DNA of 64,000 nt from Chrysomallon squamiferum (lineage: Eukaryota > Animalia > Mollusca), in the NCBI GenBank assembly GCA_012295275.1, contig CM022672.1, forward strand, positions 23,870,001-23,934,000, read 5' to 3'. Position numbers and translations under genes: made by a program. Of the stretch, positions 55,156 through 64,000 are shown piece by piece; position 1 is the stretch's first letter, and each line of letters starts with the position of its first letter. Under the pieces are notes generated by a model, which worked only from the letters and a program-made list of their open reading frames with translations, did not search any database and was not told the origin of the DNA.

Positions 55156-56329
55156 TACATAACAAGAAGTCGTTTAAACATTTATCAACCATGTATCATT
55201 CATTCTCAGTTTGAAAATGTAGACATTTTGTTTTTCATTCTCAGAATGTATGTTGCTTACAGGTACATCTTACTTCAATGTCTAGGTTAAATATCAGCTA
55301 GCTAGCTATATGTTATGATTACATTTTCACTCTGTATATAAGAATACAACACATCTACACAAACACCTTGCACACGCATTGGATCGTTAATCTGTACCTA
55401 GAATAAGCTGTTTGCAGATGTGTTTTTATTTTAAAATATAACATTTGACAATATGTGCTTATACAGGCAATTTGGACTTGTATATAAACATCACATTTTG
55501 ATTTATTTCTTACTACAAAACTTCGGTACAAATAAATATCTCCATATTTTATTATTGCTATCTCTGTGCATACTACCTGTACGTGTGTATGTATGTGTAC
55601 ATTTAAAATGCACATAAACATATGGCTACATCTGTGAACAAGCTTTTTGTAACACCAGCTTTATGTATAAGTCTACTGATATATGTGTGCAAGTATATGT
55701 ATATAAACATGATTTTATCTGTGTATAGATTTTCTATAATACCAGTCTTATAGGTGTACTAGTATACGTATGTACAGAAATGTATGACTATCTGCGTACA
55801 GGTTTTCTGCAATAACAGTTCGATTACAATACCCATGCTGGTGCTACCTCAATACACAGAATGGATACACTGCACCGAGACACGTTATTATCCTAATAGT
55901 GTGTGAGCAATAATTAAATTTGTGGCAGAAAGCTAAAGCCTAATTGTAGATGAGATGGTAAATGACCTTCAAGGACTGTTATGTTTTCTAAAAAATCTTT
56001 AATGTTGCTGTTCTTGTCTGTTGGCTAATTTTTGAACAAAGAAGTCATTGTGGATTGTCTGAATTGTGTTGATTTTTGTTCTTGTATTTATTTATTTATT
56101 TATATATATACTATTCTTTCTCTTTTTTTTTATAAATTTTGTATTTGCTTAATTGCTTTTATATTTTTTACTTATTTATTTACTTCAGTAATAAAAAAAT
56201 GTACATACTGTGTCACTTTCCGGAAATATTTATTTAAAAAAATAAATAAATATAAATGAGAGACAGCGATGGGGAGGAAGGGTGTAAGAGAGAAATTCTT
56301 ATTCTTATATAATTCATGTAAACGTTTTT

Positions 56330-56597
56330 CAGTTTGACTACATGAGAAATTCCGAAATCCAAAACCTTTTCCGAGCAGCAAAAATAATGATGTCTTACAG
56401 TTTTAGCACTGTTTTGCATTCACAAATTTTATTTTATGGACAAAATTATTTAAATATTATATTTAAAAAAATCCTTTGTATCAACTGTTTATGAAATATA
56501 AATGGATCCTGTTTTCGTGCTATCTTCCTATATTCTAAATTCGGAAATGCGAAATAGTTCCGGTCCCAAAGATTTCCGATGAAAGATTCTCAGTCTG
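56330..56597. mobile_element. Degenerate Tigger4/MER46-like MITE
   Basis: Right end ttccggtcccaaagatttccgatgaaagattctcagtctg|TA resembles the Tigger4/MER46 terminus as recalled. Left end cagtttgac...ttccgaaatccaaaa is decayed. Confidence 0.5.
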
Positions 56598-57088
56598 TAG
56601 TATCACATACTTAATCAAGATAATACAGATGTTTTCTAATAAAAAATAATAATGATATAATGTTTATGTCTTCCGCCATTGTTTCTGTGAGTTTTTTTTT
56701 ATGTATATATTTTATATTATTATAATTTTTTTTTGTAATTGTTCAATGTCTTATATCTTGTTCTTGAAACCTTTTTTTTTTTTTTTTTTTTGGATAATTA
56801 AAAATGAGCTTGATGTCCTTGAAAATTGCATTCAGCTGCACACACTGTAGATGAGAAGTTGTTAAAAGTGTTTGTTTATACACATACTTGTCCTTACTGA
56901 AACATGTTAAGCCTTTGTAATGTGAGACAAAAAAATAATTATTGTCACTAACAATAGTGTTCTGTGTAGAAGTTGTTTGAATGTATAAAATAAATCAATA
57001 TTTATTAATGATTTAATGTTAATAGTTATTATATGCAAAGTAAATGATTTTTTAAAAGTTTATTTTATACAGTAATGATTAAAGAATA

Positions 57089-57425
57089 CAGGTACTGGAC
57101 CAATTATCTGAACTCGTTGGGGCCTGAGGCATTCCAGATTTCTGGATTTTCCAGTTTTCTGGTACTAAGGCATCTAAATACGTAAATAATTAGGCATAAA
57201 CATTTTAAAATTAAAAACAGAAAGAAAACATGATAGACAACTGTGGTGACTTGACAGGTAAACAATGTGGTGAGTGACTGAACGCTGTGAGGCTTGAAAG
57301 AGTAGTTCCAGTCTGGTGAGAACAACACCCACTCACTTGAACTATGAAAATAGTGTCGGGGGAAAAACTTCCTGTTTTCTTGTCTTTCCAGATTTCTGGA
57401 CGATGGATAATTGGTCTGGTACTTG
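57089..57425. mobile_element. MITE with TA target site (Tigger/pogo-like)
   Basis: TA|CAGGTACTGGACCAATTATC ... GATAATTGGTCTGGTACTTG|TA, 17/20 inverted match. Subterminal ttccagatttctgga occurs near both ends. Confidence 0.85.
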
Positions 57426-59375
57426 TATCACTGAGTCAAACTTGCACTGTTTTACTAGCAGATTGCAAAAAATAACAGAAAAAAATATCCCAGCAAGAAA
57501 AATATACTAACTATTAGGTACCATAATTAGGAAAATAATTAAATGAACAAGTTAATAAATCTTTAATAGTAGTAGTAGCAGAAATAGTAATAAGAAGAAA
57601 ATGAAAACACAAAGTACAAAGCTGGAAAAGATAGGCATCTGTTAAATCAAAATAATCATTGTATAACACAGTTAAAAAAAAATTAAAATTGCACCATATC
57701 AATAACTGTGAATTAAAATCTGTTCTTTAACAAACAGCACATCATTATACAATATCAATTTATTTGGTGACAAATTAAAAAGAGTTCAAGATGAAAGTTT
57801 TGTTTTATCTATCTACATGTGTCATTCAAAAAAAAAAAAACATTCAGTGAGTCTTTCTATGGTGTTCAGTATGGATTGACACATGAATGACATTTTCACC
57901 TCTTGGTCGTTACTGACTTGTTCAGAGTAAATGTTATCAGCAACCAGCCACTTACTGTTAATTGTCCATTCAGTAACGGACACCATCAAATAAAATCACA
58001 TTTTCACTTATACCTCAACAAGCTAACATCTGACTCTTGTGAGACAGTCAGCGCTTGTTCAAATGCAAGATTATAAAACAAAGATCTTGTGCATATATAT
58101 TCCATCTTTATCATGTGTAAAAAAAAAGTTATATTTATGGTATATATTTTTCAGAACTTTCTTTATTTTTGCCCTTTTTATGTTTTTTTATGTTTTAAAA
58201 GCATTAAATCATTTAAAGATAAATTTTAAATAGAAAAATCTTCTCTTTTTTTTTTACAAATACATCAATTTAATTTTTTCTTCATTTCTTGGAATAGAAA
58301 ATATATAAAACATAATAATAAAAATAATAATAATAATGATAATTTCCATTTTGTGACTCCAGATATTAGTGAATTACATTATTATAACTTCTTGAGATAA
58401 ATTTTGACTACAAAATTTCAAAAGTGAATGAAAAATATTTATTGATAATTTGTATCTTTGTTGTAATCAAATATGACAGTGTCAAAGACATCATTATATA
58501 AGCTGCCATTTTAAATGAGTCGTATGTTTACAAATAAAAACAATAAAGAGAAATAAAAAAGTTGAAAATGCATTCCAAGTTTTGTATATAAATAAATAAA
58601 TACATAAATTAATAAATAAAACAAATAATAAAATAAAATAAAGCAAAAACAATCCAATGTGCACTGGGTGGAAAAAAATGACTGATAATTTATTTTAGGC
58701 AGTTCATAAAGTTAGTTATTATAAACCATTGAAAATAAACAGATTTTTGAGAGAATACAGCTTATTCACACTCAACTGGTAAATTCACTGCCTGAGACTT
58801 GATTGAATATTAACACTAAAGAAATTCATGACTAGATAAATGTATCATATTTTTGATGCACTGTTACTGATTTAGAACTGATGTAGCCTTAAGTCTACCC
58901 TGAAAACAAATTGACCCTGTGAGAATTCACTCTCTAGACACTGATATACAATTGTCAAATACTGCAAAATGGGTTTTCTTCTCTTACTGGGGCTGTACAG
59001 CACAGATTCACTATATATATATATTTCTTTACTTTTATTGATTGAAAATACATAATTTCATTAAATATCAATGTAATACTTTCATTCAGTTAACTGTATT
59101 TGTCAAGATATTTGCATCTAAAATAAAAATAGTTGCATTTTTTTTATTATTGAAGTTAAAATAAAATTAATAGCAAATACAGGGTTCTGATTTAATGTCA
59201 ATATGTTAAGTGTGTTTTTTTTCCAGTAAAAAAAAAAACATCATTATTTTAAAATATACAATACATAAATGTTCATTAGTGTTACTATTTCAAGATTAAA
59301 CTATTAGTATGCATCACTTTTTCCAATAATAATTACTTACATTTTTATTTTTCATAATTTTTCTTTTTTATTACC

Positions 59376-59406
<31 letters not shown>

Positions 59407-59888
59407 TTTGGCTCACCCATGTTCTAGGTAACATATCCAGCTATATAATTATAATTTCTCTTGGGAAATTATTTTGCAATCCTGTGATGAATTGAATAAT
59501 TCCCTGGGGATGTATTGCTGTGGTCAAAATGAAAGCTGTATTGACCTTTAATCATAGGCCTGCTTTGTTATCCCACTCACTGCACCCCAGGGTAGCTCTG
59601 AAATATTAATTTTCATTTGAACTTGAGCATTTCATGAAAAACAAGTATCCCTGGATGAAGGTGTATGCTGTCAGTACTGTTGTTCAGATAATGACTTGAA
59701 ACATTAACTTTCTTTTAATGCAAGCATTTTCAACACTGTTTATCTTAATATCTTGTTATTTATCTGTAAACATCTTTATTTATCTATCATTAAATACACT
59801 ATTTTTTTTGTCCATTTGTCCATCATTCTTACAATTTATTTATCTATTGTTGTTGTTGTTGTTGTTCTTGCTGTTGTAGTAGTTGTTG

Positions 59889-59931
<43 letters not shown>

Positions 59932-60341
59932 CATCATCATTATTATGTTTATAGAGCTTTGTAAATTAAAAAAAAATATATTTTCTGATATTATTTTTGT
60001 AAATTCTTTTGATAGTTACAAATCCCAAAGACTACAGTAAACAAATTAATTAATATTTTAAAGTGCAGTTTATTCAAATGCAGAAGAAAGCAAATACTGA
60101 TAAGAATTTTTTTTTAAATTATTCACAACTGCCATTTTATCTTCTTATAATATTTCAAATATAGTTTTCTTTTAAATATTTGATTTATGTTTCAGTTCAG
60201 GTTATTTATTAAGAATTTATATGTTATATATCTCAGTATTAGATACACACACACATCTAAATATACACACACATACATATATACATACAGACATACATAC
60301 AAACATACAAACATGATGATGATATATATATATATATATAT

Positions 60342-60377
<36 letters not shown>

Positions 60378-60482
60378 GTAGATAGATACATGCATACATA
60401 CATACATATAATTAGTCTGTTCAGGACTGATTATTTTCATGAGATAAATTACCTGATTTCATATAATTATAACTGCATGATA

Positions 60483-60517
<35 letters not shown>

Positions 60518-61124
60518 TTCAAACAGTAGTGGTTGTTATTTCATTATTACTAATTATATATTTAAGATACATTATAACTGTATTCAAATATTGTGAAGTC
60601 CATTTTCATTAACTCTTAGATACATTTTTGTGTCATTGAATTTTATGGACTCAACGAAAGTTCTAAATCTACAGTTATATATTTCTACAGTTACTGACCA
60701 CAATGACTGTGAGAAAGGAAACCCACTGCCTCCATAAACTTCCTACACATCTTTCAGTTAGGAAATGTTTTTTAATATAGAGCTTCCATCACCGGGGAAC
60801 CCTATTATTCAGTGACTTTACTTAATCACACCGTAAATATCATGAAAAACTAATTTCTATTAAAATACCATATGTGGATTGACATCACACGTATCTGATT
60901 AGTTCCTTATAACCTGCCTAATACAATTAGAGGTTTTCCTTTGCATGTTTATATACAGCTCACATTAGAGTGTGCCATTGACGTCATGTCAGTTATACTG
61001 AGTGGAGGTGTGCTCAGAATGTTTTTGGATATGTTCCACAGTTCACTTACAGCCAGTGTGTTGAGATAACCACAGGATTAAAGAAAGGTAATATTATGTA
61101 CATATGTTTTTAATGTGTGTATAC

Positions 61125-61274
61125 TATGTATGTATGTGTGTGTGTGAGTGTGTGTGTGTGCATGTGTGTGTGTATGTCCATGCTTGCATGCATGTAGGTA
61201 TTTTTTATGTATGTTTGTTTTTATGAATGTATGTATGTATATCTATTATGCATATATGTATGTAAGAATGTACG

Positions 61275-61305
<31 letters not shown>

Positions 61306-62101
61306 GAATGTATGTATGTATGTTTGTATGTATGTGTGTATATATGGTTGTATGTAGATATGTATGTATATGTATGTTTGTATGTATGTATGTTTGTATA
61401 TATGTATCTATGTATATGGGTATTTTCATCTTGTGGATGTAATCTCAGTGTTGTATGAATCAGACTGAATGTATGTATGTATGTAAGAATATACATATGT
61501 GTGTGAGTATGTGTTTGTATGTATGTATGTATGTATGCATGTATGTATGTATGTATGTTTGTATGTATGTATGTATGTATGTATGTATATGGGTATTTTC
61601 ATCTTGTGGATGTAATCTCAGTGTCGTATGAATCAGACTGAATGTATATATGTATGTAAGAATGTACATATGTGTGTGAGTATGTGTATGTATGTATGTA
61701 TGTATGTATGTATGTATGTATGTTTGTATGTATGTATGTATGTTTGTATGTATGTATGTAAGAATGTACATATGTGTGTATGTGTGTATGTGTGTGTATG
61801 TATGTATGTATGTATGTATGTATGTATGTATGTATGTATGTATGTATGTATGTATGTATATGGGTATTTTCATCTTGTGGATGTAATCTCAGTGTTGTAT
61901 GAATCAGACTGAATGTATGTATGTATGTAAGAATGTACATATGTGTGTGAGTATGTGTATGTATGTATGTATGTATGTATGTATGTATGTATGTTTGTAT
62001 GTATGTTTGTATGTATGTATGTATGTATGTATGTATGTATGTATGTATGTATATGGGTATTTTCATCTTGTGGATGTAATCTCAGTGTTGTATGAATCAG
62101 A
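61125..62101. repeat. Composite minisatellite: (TATG)n tracts interleaved with four copies of a 49-bp unique core
   Basis: Core ATGGGTATTTTCATCTTGTGGATGTAATCTCAGTGTTGTATGAATCAGA at 61416, 61589, 61860 and 62053; copy 2 has one substitution. Confidence 0.95.
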
Positions 62102-64000
62102 GAGTCTACACTGTCTTGTTCTGTAGTAATTACAGCTGTATATTATCACTCTTCTTTTCACTTCTTTCTAATCCACTGTCAATGCAGATCTGTCAATACT
62201 GAATAAGTCAAGAATAAGAATTATCTTTAAATTGAGAGCTAAAAAAAAAAAAAAAAAAAAACAATCCTGTTAGACATACATTTTCTTTTAATCATAAAAA
62301 GAGCAAACTGGCTTGAATAATATTAACAGAGTTGTGCACTGAACTAAATAAATAATTGTTTATTAAAATCTAATTTTCAGTCTTTGGAATAGAAAAAAGA
62401 AACAGAATGTGTGTCCTTCATTTATTTCTGAGAACATGTTTCAGTGCTTATCTTGAAAATGAATTAAAATACTTAAATAAAATTTGAAATGTCAGTTTTA
62501 TTGAAAGTTACTGAATTACCAAAACAGTAGAACATTTTATCTATATTTTATTAATTTGTTATTTTTAATTTAATACTTCAACAATAGTCCAAATATGCTG
62601 GACATGGTGAAATGTTTTTTATATCATTACAGGAAATAGATTCATATATGTAAAAAAAATCACTTAATATGTCTAACTATCTTCACTATTTGTTAATTGT
62701 TTTGATTTATAAATGTAAGTATTTTCACAATCTATTATCATTTAATATTTCTATAATTTAATACATGTAAATATATTTCCAGTTTGTTTTTAGTTGATAA
62801 TATTCTAGAATTTTATCCTTTAAATATATTTACAATTTATTATCTGGTTATTTATTTAATTTTACATATGTGGAAATAATGTTATTAATTAATGTTTCAC
62901 TTTTATGCATATAATTTTTTGTTGTTAATATATCTGTAAATTTATTCATGTCATTATGTTAACTATCTGTTTCTAGTTAATGTTCTATAGGTTTAATTTA
63001 ATAATGCAGATTTATACATGTAAATATATTTACAGTTTGATTTTAGTTAATGTATCTGCAGATTTATTCATATATCAGTATTCACACTTTTTTTTTTCAA
63101 TGAATATGTCTACATATTTTTACATGAAGAGTTCAGGTGCAAAGGCTGATAAACAACAGAGCCACTAAAATCAATGTAATGGTACCAAACATTAGCTTAC
63201 AGTGACCTATTTCTTCAAATCCAATTAGTTTTGCAAAAACCTAAATAGCCAATAGTCACGTTAATGAGTGAAATTGGTCATATGTTATAAAATTACTCTT
63301 AACTTTTGAAGGAAACTTTTGACAAAATAGATTCATCTGGAAAGAAAATAAGGAATCAATGTCAAGATTCTGCTCAGGTTGTGTCAAAATGAAAAAAATA
63401 CTGAATGTATCCTGAATGCAGAAGACATGGCATTGTCTATTGCATTAAATGACATTTTTGCTTTTCTCTATTAAAGAACTCCAAACCATATTTTAATAGC
63501 AATTTTACAACAATTTTGTTATTTCCATGACTTATGTAACCAAGAAAAACCTTTTTCTATTTTTTAATAATCCATTTTGAAGATTAATAGATTTATATTA
63601 TGATGACATCAGTTTTCTAGTGAATTTATATGCTCTTGTTATATTTTGCAATCAGTATTGAGGCATTAAAAAAATATATATTTTAGTTTGAAATAAAAGA
63701 TATTTTTGGAATGTTATTAACATTATTAGTTTAGTTATAATCTTTTTATAACCATAAGGTAAAGATTTGTTGATCTTTTCAAAAAACTAAATCCCAGTAA
63801 AAGTATTTTTTATTTAAAATGAAAGAACTAAAATGGATGTATCAGGTTTTTGCATCTGACTTCTTCATATGTAAGTATAATATGTTCTTATTTAATATTA
63901 TTTCTATGGTTTTATGTATGTAAATGTATTCAGAATGATCTGTCATTTAATATTATATCTATCATTTCATGTAAATAAACACACACACACACACACACAC

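Noticed and set aside
61416-62101. CRISPR-like repeat-spacer appearance
   Set aside because: Spacers are homologous (TATG)n tracts of uneven length, the context is eukaryotic, and there are no cas genes.
60192-62126. Long HTYI/MYVC-repeat ORFs, and poly-I/L/N ORFs elsewhere in the track
   Set aside because: They are translations of stop-free microsatellites.

Overview
AT-rich, microsatellite-dense animal genomic DNA with spliced GT-AG genes. It looks like an invertebrate, possibly mollusc or cephalopod, but taxon is inference only. Hand-splicing gives four loci: (1) deoxyhypusine synthase DHPS, minus strand, 8 coding exons, 363 aa; (2) SCAI, plus strand, head-to-head with DHPS, 15 exons plus a candidate 30-nt cassette exon, with one anomalous in-frame TAA at an exon end; (3) WDR38-like WD40 gene, minus strand, 8 coding exons, 298 aa, with ETS and RFX X-box motifs upstream; (4) a decayed secreted 4xSRCR-domain pseudogene at 35.9-46.8 kb. 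Mobile DNA includes two copies of a Tigger/pogo derivative, two Tigger-like MITEs, a Tc1-like remnant and a 3' fragment of an R4/Dong-like non-LTR element in a (TAA)n tract. A composite minisatellite lies at 61.1-62.1 kb. No convincing coding exon was found from 47 to 64 kb. I cannot support a wholly new biological system here. The best leads are the SCAI stop/donor anomaly, the SCAI-WDR38 linkage shared with human 9q33.3, the SRCR gene loss, and a CpG boundary suggesting an unseen gene.
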